NCBI RefSeq assembly: GCF_009914755.1
Contig: NC_060937.1
Source of the DNA: the human T2T-CHM13v2.0 reference genome, Homo sapiens
DNA length: 64,000 nt
Direction: 5' to 3' (one strand)
Positions 26,721-39,006 of this stretch are shown one piece after another; positions within the stretch are counted from its first letter, which is position 1, and every line of letters starts with the position of its first letter. Both the position numbers and the translations under genes were made by a program. The notes under the pieces are model-generated. The model was not told where the DNA came from and ran no database searches. It was given only the letters and a program-made list of their open reading frames with translations.

Positions 26721-28523
26721 CTTTAAGAGAGCATCAATGGAATATTAATGAGGAAGAGAAATTAGAGAAGTTTATTCTCTAGAATTCTCTACGCCAGCGT
26801 TTCAAAGATTTAGTTCTATATCTAACATTAAAAAGAGGCTTGAACATGCACATATGTACACACACACAAACACACACACACTCTACAACTTTCATTTAAT
26901 CATATTTTAAAAACACTATTTAAAATGTGTCCCTTTTATTTGACCAAGGCTTTATTTCTTTCACATAACTCTAAGTAATGTCTAATGAGACACTGATATT
27001 CACTTCACCTGGCTAGGCCAATGCCACTCGGCTCCATATGTCTCCCTGGACCAAACAATAATGTTGGTCCACAAACTGCCATCCAGTTTATAAATTAGAG
27101 CCCAAGTGTCAGGCTGCATCTAGGCATATGGATAGCAAACTTACACTAGGGAGGACTAAAAATCTTTTCTTCCTGCCTCTGAAATATCCTTGCTTACACT
27201 CTTGTAGGAGGAATTCAGCTAATATCATTCTAAATATTAGCTCAGCAATTTTTTTAACAGCTGTACCCCTGGATTTTCAGTTTATCCAAATAAGCGGAAT
27301 CAAAAGATGGCTTGTTGAAATTTAATTTGTTCTTGAATCAGCAAAGGAGGTCATTTAAGCATAAAAAACTTCTTCCTAGAACATATCTACAAAACGCAGT
27401 TCCACACCACTGGGCACAGGAAAGCTTCTCCATGAACAATTGGCTCCTTAAGCACAGGAGAGAGTCTTGGCCTGCATTCTAAAGTTGAGCTGCCTTTCTT
27501 CATCATATTTAGAGGAGGTGCCAAAAACTCTTCATCTATGCTACGTATATTCTGTCTCTATGTATGAAATATTGTACACCAACCAAGAATAAATAAAGCT
27601 TTAGTATTTCTTTCCTATAATGGATATGAGTTTGCTTTAGAACTTTCTGTTGTGTAATATTCATATATAAGATATGACTTCACAGGAATGGCATAATTTA
27701 TAGTAAAACCATCACAACCATTGGAACAGCAATAATGCAGAATTGTGTTTCTGTAATTCACCACTTTGAATGTGGGTAGCATACTGCATTTTATCAGTGA
27801 TGACACTCCTTAATAGCCATTTTATGTAATGAGACCATCTGCCAATACTTTACCAAGCATTCACTACTCTTCTAAGTGTTAAAAAAAAAAAAGTACTTAA
27901 AATGCTTTTTTTTTTCTGTCTTTGCAGCGCACAGCTTGTTCCTTTAAAGCTAGGGAATTTCAGAGGTTTGACCTATTTCAGAATATTATTCTCTAGCCTA
28001 AGTTCTTTGACTGCATCCCTCTTTAGATTCACATCAAACTAATTCTGGATAGAGTTTAGTGATCTTTGACATCAATATAATAACCTTTGATGCAAAGAAA
28101 TATATAATTCTATTCACTAAATTACAACCAATTACATTTAGACCTTTGACCCAGTTAATAACTTTGAGATCAAGCAAAACAATTGGAGGAACGGAACACT
28201 TTCTTGATCATTGCCTGCAATTTTCTATGAATTGAAAATTTTACAGTGAGCTAATTGGTGGTGCACTGACTTCCTCCCAGAACTGAGAAGCAAAGATACA
28301 TTAAAATAGTTTACAAAAATTGTATCATTAAAAAGTACAAGATTATAAAAAGATAGAGGACATAAGTTATATAATATGCATTTTATGTAAAGATAGTATC
28401 ATAATTACACACTTTTTATTAGAAACTGTAAGTGAATTTACTTTGCAGTTTTCATATTAGTTAGGATTCAAACTTCTTTTATGTCCTAATTTATGTCTTA
28501 TAACTGGACTAGAAATTTAAATA

Positions 28524-28881
28524 CAGTCATACACAGCAAAATGACATTTATGTAAAATACAGACTGCATATACTCATAAGATTATGATGGAACTGAAAAA
28601 TTCCTATCACCTAGTTATTTGTGTTATAGTTGCTTACTATATTGAGTACAATAACATGCTGTACAAGTTTGTAGCCTATAAGCAATAGGTTACACCACAC
28701 AATCTAGGTGGATAGTGGGCTGTATCATCTAAATATAACAAGCAATAGGTTATACCACACAAATCTAGGTTTGTAGTAGGCTATACCATGTTAGTTGGTG
28801 TAAATGCACTCTATGATGTTTGCACAATGATGGAATAACCTAACAATGCATGTACTCTCATCATTAAGCAATGCATGACTA
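28524..28881 (+). mobile_element. Tigger3 (Golem/MER7-type) DNA transposon derivative
   Basis: TA then 'cagtcat' ... 'atgcatgact' termini; 'aacatgctgtacaagtttgtagccta', 'ctctatgatgtttgcacaatga'; internal ~60 bp duplication at 28681-28788. Confidence 0.8.
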
Positions 28882-29249
28882 TGTTTTTTAGTTTATTTTT
28901 CCTGCTACAAGAAAATATCACATACTGGGTAATTTCTAAATAATAAAAAATTGTTTCTTACAGTTGTGGAGGCTAGGAAGGCAAAGATCACGGTACAGAC
29001 ATTGGTGAGGGCTGCTCTCAACTTCCAATATGGTGCTTTGTTGCTGTGCCTTTGTATGGCAGAAGGTGGAAGAACAAGATAGCACTCTCTTTTACCTGCA
29101 GCCCTTTTATTAAAATGCTAATCCTATTCATGAGGGCATAGCTGTAAAGACATAATCACCTCTTATTGGCCGTATCACTTAATATTGTTGCACTGGGAAT
29201 TAGGTTTCAACATGAATTTTGGAGAGGACATCATTATTCTACCATAGCA
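28882..29249 (-). mobile_element. MaLR LTR (MSTD/MLT1A-like)
   Basis: 'ctgggtaattt...cttacagttgtggaggctaggaag', ends 'tttcaacatgaattttggagag...accatagca'. Confidence 0.8.
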
Positions 29250-30679
29250 TTCTGTCTTATAGAAATCATACCTTCTTCAAAGTTGCCATTGTTTTAGAAT
29301 ATATTTGACATGTTCTCTGTAAAGAGTATTAAGATTTTTCTTCCTCAACATTATTCTCCTTTTTAAGTCAAGATAAGAGGAAAAAAATAATGTTTAAATT
29401 CAGGTAACAGATTGCCAAACCAAGAAATGTTTTCTTGTGCAGAATATGAAAAATCAAGTTAAGATAAAAATAGAGCAATTATTTGAAATGGAGGAACCAT
29501 TTTAGAGTGACGATATTAGCACCGACATAATAAACCTTTGAAGATGTTTGTTTATTTTTTGGTTCAGTTAAAACTCTGTTCTATAATAGAATAGAAATTG
29601 TGTCCAACTCTTTATGGAACTATTTGTTCCATTCACGATAATTACTATTGAAAGTATTTCATTCATCCAAGCAACTGTATCTGTAAGCCCTGGGCAATAA
29701 AAGTTGCCAAGGATTTTAGGCTAAGATCCAATGTATATTTATCTGGAGTTTTGAGAAACTCCTGGAAACTAGGCCATTCTCATGTTATGTATATTAACAA
29801 TAGTTTCCCATAAAGGATCCTAGAATAAGACTGTTCCCATGAGTTACACTTAAAAATGTTTTCCACATGCAGAGCTTACACTACATATGAAACAAAAAAC
29901 TTGAAAATAAGTACAAATAACATCATTCTGAAAGGTACTTTAATGAATCTGTGAATGTGTTGTTATTAATTTTATTGTGTTAATTTCTAATATGAACACA
30001 TACAAAATTATAGGTACGTTAGCAATTCAATTTTGAAATCAGATAGCTTTATTTTTCACAAAAGGGGATATGCAAGTAATCACAATCATATAATATTTAT
30101 TTCATTGACTATGTATTTCTTTAGAAATGGTATGCTTATGTAATTTCACTACAGATCCATTTAAAACCATTTTATTGTCTTCTCTAACATAAAATCAGTG
30201 GTATCATTTCTGTTATTATATTTTTAAGGTTTTACCTATATGTGTTATTTATATTTATGTAATTATTTTAACTTTATTACAATTTTTCTGTGCTTTTGTG
30301 CAATTTAGATCTCCTTCCTAAAATGTGTGTGTGCGAATGTTTATCTGTATCCATCTTGCAAGTTAGATCCCTCGTTTAGCTTCTCCGATTTCTGTCTCAC
30401 GTAGATCTGTGTCAAGATCTATGCTATCTAAAGGTGGGACAGTGATTTATTTACGTTACCAGTTAAATAGAGCATTTTATTTTTAGTCAGTCCTTTTTGT
30501 ACATGTGGTGTTTATAAATCCAAGGTATCAATGGCTCAAGTACAAAGTCAATTACAAAAAACAATTTGACTTCTGATATGTGAGACGTAGGGGAATGTTT
30601 GAAGGCATTAATATTTGTAAATAATTATATGCTGGGCACTCTGTAAGTACTCTATTGTTGCTATTTATTGTTAATTAAT

Positions 30680-31150
30680 TTTTCAAAAATAATTATTGTG
30701 TACCTACCTTTTTATCAAGTATATTTAACATTACACAAATATACAAAGGCTTCAGCTTCATGGGATTAACATTCAAATAAACAATCCAGAAAAATCACTT
30801 AAACTCACTAAGATTATCAGTGGACTGGGTCGTACTGTTAGGACTAAATACAATATATAATTGCAATTTACATAAGTGTATGTCTTCATTGCCTGACAGC
30901 CTTCTAGGAGCTAGAGATGGAACAGGAAGAGAAAGGCAATGATAGGGCTATGATTATAGGAAAGACTAATCGAAGGGCAAAGAGCAGAGGCAGCTAATCT
31001 GTCTAAGAAGGGATGAGGTGAAGGTAATGCCGTGGAAGGTTTTCCACAAGAGTTGATAACTAAACTGACAGCTGAATTATGACTAATTGGAGTTAGTCAG
31101 AAAAATGAGATGAGGTAAGAAAGGAAAAATGTTCCAGGTAGTTACCGCAT
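30680..31150 (-). mobile_element. L2 fragments
   Basis: 'ggaaggttttccacaagagttgataactaaactga...ggagttagtcag...atgttccagg'. Confidence 0.45.
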
Positions 31151-31189
31151 TTATGGTACAAAAAAAAACAAAACCTGATTAACTTGGTT

Positions 31190-31360
31190 AATTTGTCTGT
31201 TAGTTAATTATCAAAACTTTATTTTATCACGTAAGACATCTGAAACTCATAGAGTTTAAAACATGTATTGACCTAGGTTCACCTAATTAATGAGAGAGCC
31301 TGAATTGAAACCTATTCTCTCTGACTGTAGAGAAGAAAATATTCTTTCCAATTTGCCACC
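31190..31360 (-). mobile_element. MIR fragment
   Basis: 'ctgaaactcatagagtttaaa...gacctaggttcacctaattaatgagagagcctgaattgaaacct'. Confidence 0.5.
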
Positions 31361-32656
31361 ATGATGGTACATCATGGTTTGAGTTAAAAAACCTAGACTA
31401 ATCAACTCTAGAGAATTTGAACATTTTATAAATTTTTAATTTAAAATGTTGCATATGTTAGTAGTATTAATATTCCTGTATAATACAAAGTAGTAGACAA
31501 TAATTATTTAAAGCCTTATATGTTTTACCAATATTTATCCAAAAGCAGCCCAACTCTTAATGCTATCTGATCAACACAATTTCACAAACATGAGGTTTAT
31601 GCATACGGTAGGCTAGGCAACTAGGCAATTTTACATATATTTTCCTAAGAAGATATGACTATTGTTTTTGTTTCTGCCCTAGAGGAAACCTTGAGGTTTC
31701 TTGTCTCTGAAAAGGAAAAATTCAGAGCAAAATTTCAATAAGAGCAGCAATCATAAATGTCCCAATAGTTACAGAAATCTAAGTCAATACAAATAACATA
31801 CCATTGCAGTTTTCAAAGAACAGTGCTTCTGCTGTGTCTTATGCTGTTGTCCCATGACAGCAAAAAAGTGATGTAAAATGTGGATCAAATATCAGTTAAT
31901 AAAATTTATTTTGAATATAGTAATGCTGAGCTTTGGAAATAGAAATACTGTTGGAAATTCAGCTTTAGTTTTTGAAAACATGACAGGGCATTTAATTATT
32001 TTATTAAATGTTCATTTTGAAAACATATAGTTGTAATCCATAATAATTTAAGCTTCAACATTACGTGGGAGATTTTTCATATAAATATATTAAGGTTAAA
32101 TTAAACATTGCCTTAGACCAGAAATAAACTTTCCATCAAACAAATGCAAAAAAAGAAAGATGTTTTCTTCTTATGTTTTCCAAAAGCATTTTTTTTGCTC
32201 TCTGTGACTATTTTGCTGTAGAAAGGGCCCAAACCGTATTGTTCAGATAGATGTTCTGAACAGATTTTTAAAATGTTTGTTATAAAGATGGACAATTTTC
32301 TTGTAAGTATAATAAATTTTGACAAGTATCCTCTGTTTCTCTGGAACACATAATTCACTTTTTATTTCTCTCATTGTCTACTTTTATAATTATTATCAAC
32401 GAACTTCTTTAGTCCACAAAATATGGCTATGTCAAATAAGAGCAAAGATTATAGAACCAAAATTCTAATTAATATTTTAAAAGTCACATTTTGCATGAAA
32501 TATTTGTGTAGGTTAAATAACTTGAACATATCATTCTACATAAAAACGTACGTTTCTCTAAATAGTCATTGAATAATACCACTTGGAGGGATGATAAATA
32601 ATTTTCAGCAATTATGTTCATAATATGTCACTAATTTCTGGATTATCTAAACACTC

Positions 32657-32925
32657 TTGGGATGGGCAGGATTCTAACATGGACTCAAGAATCCTGCCCT
32701 CTGGTGTACTACTCACTGTGTATAATTACTTCCCCTGAGGGGAGAGCAAAATCTGTGAATATGATGGGGTAACCATTCTCCCTTTAACAACATTGCATAG
32801 CAAAGGTGAAGGGATGTTGCAGATGTAATTCATATCCCTAATCAGTTGACTTTAAATTAATCAAAAAGTGGATTAGCATGAGGTGGCCCAATCTAATCAG
32901 ATGAGCAGTGCAAAGAAGTCCAAAG
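32657..32925 (+). mobile_element. MLT1-family LTR, 5' part (MLT1E/F-like)
   Basis: 'caaaggtgaagggatgttgcagatgtaatt...ctaatcagttgactttaaattaatcaaaa...ctaatcagatgagc'. Confidence 0.7.
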
Positions 32926-34966
32926 ACTTTTCTGTATTACACTGTTGCTTTTCTCTGTTAAACATGAATAAAGACAACAACCATTGCATTTCATAAACTA
33001 CCAAATTGCTGACTTGCTCTGAACTTACTACTAATAAAGACATCATTACAAACTTAATCAACATTATTTATTTTGGGGTTTGGTGTATGTACATCTTATT
33101 TCAGTTTTTGCAACTTCTTTAGAAATGTTATTTAATGGCCATGTCTCCATCAACCCATCTTTTTAGAAGGAATTTGTAGTCTTGTAATCTCTTCTAAACA
33201 ACTGGATAAAATTTAAATGCCTGTGGAACACTAGGGGCTTCTTCAGACACAGCAAAACCTCCCACATTAATTTCCCAATGTATCTTTCAGGCCTCTAAGT
33301 CTTCATATTGTAACATTTTCAGCATATAGTTCTAAAAGAGTTTTCTGAAAAATTATATGCCTGGTGCTATCTAAAGTGTAATGCATATTAACTGCATACT
33401 AACTTAATTTATGCTCACAAACAAGGCCAATATTTTGCAAGTATGCTCCATACGGCTCACACCTGGTAATAAACTTTTGAAATACTTTTGTTCCACTATA
33501 CACTCCACTTCTACCCTGGCCATACCAGCTTCTTCCGTGCATTTCCCTGTACCTCAGTATGTTCTAGCAATTAAAGAGTTGATATCCTGCCTAGCAGGAA
33601 GCTCACAGGACCACATCAAACAGAGTAGCAAGGGCAGTTGGCTGTACTGGCTGTTAGGTACCTCTGAGCTAAGTATTATTATGCTCTTTTTATATTTGTG
33701 TCAGTGTGGATACTGAGAGGTTAAGCAATTTGCCCAAGGAGAGTTGGACTTTACAGCCAAGCAGCTTGACTCAGAAACAAACTCAAAGTGATTCTGTATG
33801 GTCCTAGGTATTATAAATTAAACGGAAAGTCATTGCATTTACACTTGTGTTTTAGCAAATAATATTCAAGGAAACTACAATGGAGTGATACAGACTCTTT
33901 ATATTTCTACTACATTCTACATTTATGAATATATATGTATACATATTATGTATGTAATAAATTTAAGTCCTATTTTGAAATAAGAGATTTAATGTAACCA
34001 AATATATTTTATGTAAAATATAGACATACTGAAGTGACCAAAAAACAGATAGTTATATCTTTTAAAGAAACAAGACATCAGGAAAAAAAAATCTTTACAT
34101 TTCAAAAGTATATCTAAGTGAGTTTCAGCCACAATTGTGCTTTGATCTTGTTTTCCAGATGAAAACTAACGTGGGGTCGAGGCACCAGCCCGCTGTCGGC
34201 TGGCACGACCACTCCTGCGGCCTGGGCTTCAGATTCTCTCTCTAGCTGCAGGTTAGTGATCATTTGAGCTAATTTAAGTAGGACTGTTCCAGAGGTGACC
34301 TTTCCAGTCTCCTATAATTTATATCATTTGCTGGCAATTGGAAAAGCAGCTTCAATAACATCAGCCTCCCAAGAAGCTAGTGGTTCTGCTGGACCTCCTG
34401 GCCAGACAATAGATATCAGTGAAGATCCTGTGCCGAGAAAAATCATGCAAGAAGATACAGGAAGGGATTAAAAACAAAATGTCCTATAAAAGTTCTTACC
34501 TGTAATATCAAAAGTTAAAAAGAACTCTTTAAATCTGTTTGCATAAGGCATTACATAAGGTAATTTATTTACAGGAGGCTCAGCCAAAAGTAGGAAAGCA
34601 GAAAAAAATATAGCAACAGGGATTCCTTTTTCTTCTTTATTTCAAAACTTGTATAAATAACACTAACAAGGTTTTATCTCTTGTGCCAGAGACACAAGGA
34701 CATGAATAAATGAGTTAGTATCACTTTGTACAAACTAAGGTGCCTTTTCTTAACAAATTCAAAACGTGTTCTAAATAGGCATTGCTTTTGTGATTGAACA
34801 CTTTCCTCTAAGAATAAAATTGATAAGCGTATTGCATCTATTTTAATAAAATGGAGCTTTAAGGTTTTCTTTAACATAGTGGGATCTTTGTCATTTCGCT
34901 TAGTGGTTTCAAATCAGGCTCAAAGTATAGTGTTCTATACAGAAATGGTAACATGATATATAACAT

Positions 34967-35368
34967 TGTTAAATCAAGTTTAGCCTAAAGCTGCCTCCTC
35001 TCATATTTGAAGTTTGGACTAAAGGTTTCTCTGTACATCCTGAAATATAACAAGTAGATGTGTAAACAGACTGTAGCCCACACTTGTACCAAGCCCCGAG
35101 TTTTGTTTAATCAAATGTAACCAACTGTTCGAACCATGTTCAAATCAGGCAAATACCAACCTGTAACCAATCTGGCTTTTTCTGTACCTCACTTGCATTT
35201 TCTATACATCACTTTCCTTTTTCTGTTCATAAATCTTCTTTTACCATGTGGCTATGCTGGCATCTCTGAGCATACTCTGGTTTGGGAGGCTGCCAAATTT
35301 ATGAATTGTTCATTGCTCAATGAAACTCTTTTAAATTTAATATGGCTGAAGTTTTTTTTTTTCAATCA
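34967..35368 (+). mobile_element. MER57 (A/B-like) ERV1 solo LTR
   Basis: Starts 'tgttaaatcaagtttagcctaaagctgcctcc'; contains 'tgtaaccaatctggct...tgtacctcactt' and 'gggaggctgcc...ttgctcaatgaaactc'. Confidence 0.85.
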
Positions 35369-36389
35369 CCATGAAATACATGAGACAACTCTGAATAAAA
35401 GAAAATCTCCCATATTTTTATCACTTTTAATATATAACATTTATATAATATGTATAGTTGAATTGTGACTTGCCTTTAATTTTTAAATTTAAGAATACAC
35501 ACTTAAAATGACATACTACATATGACACTATATTTTATTTTTAGAAATAAAACTTTTTAAGTTACATTTTATGAAAAAAGATAATTCAATTTAGATATGT
35601 ATGTTTATATACACATATATATTCGGTTTCAGCATCTTTGTTACGAATAAGGTCACTTTTTGAATCATTTAACAATTTTTCTAGGGCATATCACTTTCAC
35701 TTCCATCTAAATTGTTTGAAATAAAACACCTGTTTAAAATCCATGAGTGATGATGTCACTGGGACCTTTCTTTCATGCTACAAGTACCTATTTGCATAAC
35801 TAGAACTACTTATTGTATTTTGGTGAATAACACTTACCATGGTGGTTGATAAAGTGATCTTTATGAGTTTTGTTTACTATAACATCCAATACAATTATGA
35901 AGCCATACCACAGGAATAATTAAACTTGTGTCAAATCTCTTTGCCTCCTTTACCCACTTTATTCAGTGACTACCATTGGTATTGAAAACTGGCATTGATT
36001 GGGTTACTTTCTGTTTTTTAAAAAACAGTAGTGTGTGGTTCAAAATAAAGTAATGGAAACATAGCCCCATTCTATGACAACAGAAGGAAGGCTAGGAAGG
36101 CTCCCATACTGAATGTTGGCTAAACTCCGAATTGTCAAAAGACATCTATTTTTTTAAATCTAGCCCATGCTAGTGTTAGTAAGATGTGTCATTTAAGTGG
36201 AGAGTAAAAATTGGGGTGTGTGTATACACATATACCCACAATTATACATTATTAATTACATTAATAACATTATTTAACTTTACATTTTTCCCACAGGCAT
36301 TAAATTATGATGAAGGCCACAGAAAAATGATTAAGGTCAAAGTCTAGAATCAATTGTCAGCCTATGTTATGGACATAACATTTATGTAC

Positions 36390-36660
36390 CATTGGGTCAT
36401 GAGGGTGGAGCGCTCATGAATGGAATTAGCGACCTTATGAAAGAGAGACTAGAGAGCTGTCTCATCCCTTCTGCTGTGTGAGGACCTGGTGAAAAGATGT
36501 CAGCTATGAAACAGAAAGCGAGGCCTCAGCAGACACTACATCTTTTGGTGCCTTGATCTTGGACTTTCCAGCCTCCAGAACTGTGAGTAATAAATTTCTG
36601 TTGTTTATAATCTACCCAGTCTATGGTATTTTGTTATGGCAGTCCAAATGAACTAAGGTA
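36390..36660 (+). mobile_element. MLT1A-type LTR, 3' two-thirds
   Basis: 'gccttgatcttggactttccagcctccagaactgtgagtaataaatttctgttgtttataa'. Confidence 0.85.
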
Positions 36661-38362
36661 TTCTCTAAAGTGTTTCTGCCAAGACTTCTCCTTAGTGGGG
36701 ACCTTGGAAATGCTTTTCCTCTCTTTGACTCAGTACTCAGTACTTTTTCAGGCTTAAGCCCTTCCTCTCTCTTTTCCCTTGACACCACCTTCAAGTCAAT
36801 AGAAGAGCAGAGCCTTCTGTCTGAGGCTCTCTGTGCACTGAAAAGCCCCCCACATCTGCCCTAATCCACTAGCAATGCCCGCCTGCTGCTGTTCCATGGG
36901 GGGAAACTGGAACACTAAGAGAGCTGATGCTTTCTCTTGTTTCATTGTTCCCTTATACAATCACAATTAAGTGATTAAAGGCTTGACTATTACTTTCATT
37001 TTTACTTCTCTTAATTAAACACTGTACATCTGGCAGCTCAACTGTCTCCAGCTCAGCTCAGCTGTTGACAATTGATGAGGAGACAGAGGAGAAAGAGATG
37101 CTATTGAAAGGTGACAGATCAAAGAGTGAGAGATTTAATGAGAATCATTAAAACAAGTAAATAAAAAGTAATAGATTAAAATATATGTGACACCCAACAC
37201 TATTTTCATAATATGAATGCAATAAAAGAATCATAGACCTAGATTTCAGAGATATTTCTTGTGTTCGTTTACCATGAACTGTGCAAAGTGATGATAGGGT
37301 TCTGATATACATCTGTTTCAATTAAACAGTGTATAGTGCAATGCAAGTACTGCTTGTATCCTCTGTGTCACTTTAGGACTCATTGGATAGGAAAATATTC
37401 ATGGGAAAAATAATTTGGAAAATAAACAAATTGAAGATTCAAGTAGGGGTATGATTAGTGCTTGTTTTCCTATAACGGCGCATTTAAACACAGCATATTC
37501 TATTCGTGACAGTATCAAAATTTGCAGCACTTAAACAATAAGAGAAAATCTCCAGTGAAAGGAGACACAATTTTGTACAACTTTATAAAATAGGTAAAAT
37601 AGATAATGCAAAACAGAAGACAGGCATATGAGTATTTTAATTCCTTGTCTATATTCACCAAAGTTGATGGCATACGACATAGTAAATAGGGAGTAAGAGC
37701 TTTGACCCCTCAAGGTTCTTTAAATCCTGAAGGCATTCCACTTTTGATGGGCTTGAGTTCAGAGCAATTTGACATGCTCTCTCTGTGATTAGAACTGCTG
37801 TAGTTAGCTTGAGAGCAGCAGAAAAAGCTGTCAGATTAATAAGCGAGAAAATGCTGCTTAAAGCAAGATTTTAGAGTCTGCTTCTCACCTCATTTGCCAA
37901 CTCTACCTCAGAGACCACGTATTTGAACAGCTCTTACCTTAAATACTATGCATTCCCTATGTTCGTTTTAATTACGAGCTGCCTTACAGGAGACTGAATT
38001 CCCAGTCTTCGTCATGATAACTACCACAGCTTCAAATTGTTTCTGCTATCTCAAACACAGGACAAACCTTATTCCTATTTGATTAAGATATTTTAAACAC
38101 TCCCCTGTCTGCCCCCCAAAACAGCTATTCATCAACTATTGCAGGACTTGAGATTTTTTTGAAAGAAATATATCATGATTCTACTTTGAAGTATGAGGTT
38201 AAATAAACCCAACCAATACTGTAATTGAGAAAACTGAAAAACCTAATATCATTAGTGAAAGTTGAGTTATTACAGTATTGATATAAGAAAAAATAGGTAT
38301 ATTAGAGTGAGATTAAATGCACATATAATGTCTATGTCCAAAGTCCAATAAGAGATAAATTC

Positions 38363-38450
38363 TTTTTTTTTTTTTTCTGTTTTTCTTTTTTTTTGAGATG
38401 GAGTCTCACTCTGTCACCCAGGCTGGAGTGCAGTGGTGCGATCTCGGCTC
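38363..38450 (-). mobile_element. Short Alu 3' fragment
   Basis: T-rich tail plus about 55 nt 'gagatggagtctcactctgtcacccaggctggagtgcagtggtgcgatctcggctc', then an abrupt end. Confidence 0.85.
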
Positions 38451-39006
38451 TTGAAGCGTATGAATTAGTATTTGATCAACCATACTAAATGCCAGGCACT
38501 ACCTTAAATGATAGATTATGTGTTACCTCAAAAATCAACTAAGATGACATAATTAATATGGATGTTTGAACGAGGGTCCTGAGATGCCCACCAAGGGCAT
38601 CCAGGTCACACCCTTAGCATGTACCTTCTATTAGAACTTGGTTTGCTTTTACAGCACTTGTTTTTTGACCACATAGACAGACCACTGGTAACTGGCAGGT
38701 AGTTTAGTATTTTAGGCTCCTCTGGATCATTTCACAGTGTGCATCCACTGTGCTCCGTACTGAGTGTGGACACAGAGCTGCAATGTGCATACCCGTGTGT
38801 GCTGCCTAGTCACTGCACATTTCCTAGAGACTGTGTAACATGATGGTTTGGGTATGACAATAAAAACCGTAAGAAAACAGAGGTTAGATCCAGATGAAAT
38901 TGGCTTGCTAAAAAGGTAGTTTTCAGTGTCACATAGAGTAATTATTTTGGCCTTTCACCATGTTAAGATTATAAATTCTCAGGGATAAGGTCAGAGATTC
39001 CTGCAG

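Noticed and set aside
27901-27970. Strong plus-strand splice acceptor (tttttttctgtctttgcag)
   Set aside because: No good downstream donor or reading frame; such tracts are frequent in AT-rich DNA. The same applies to 61150-61173.
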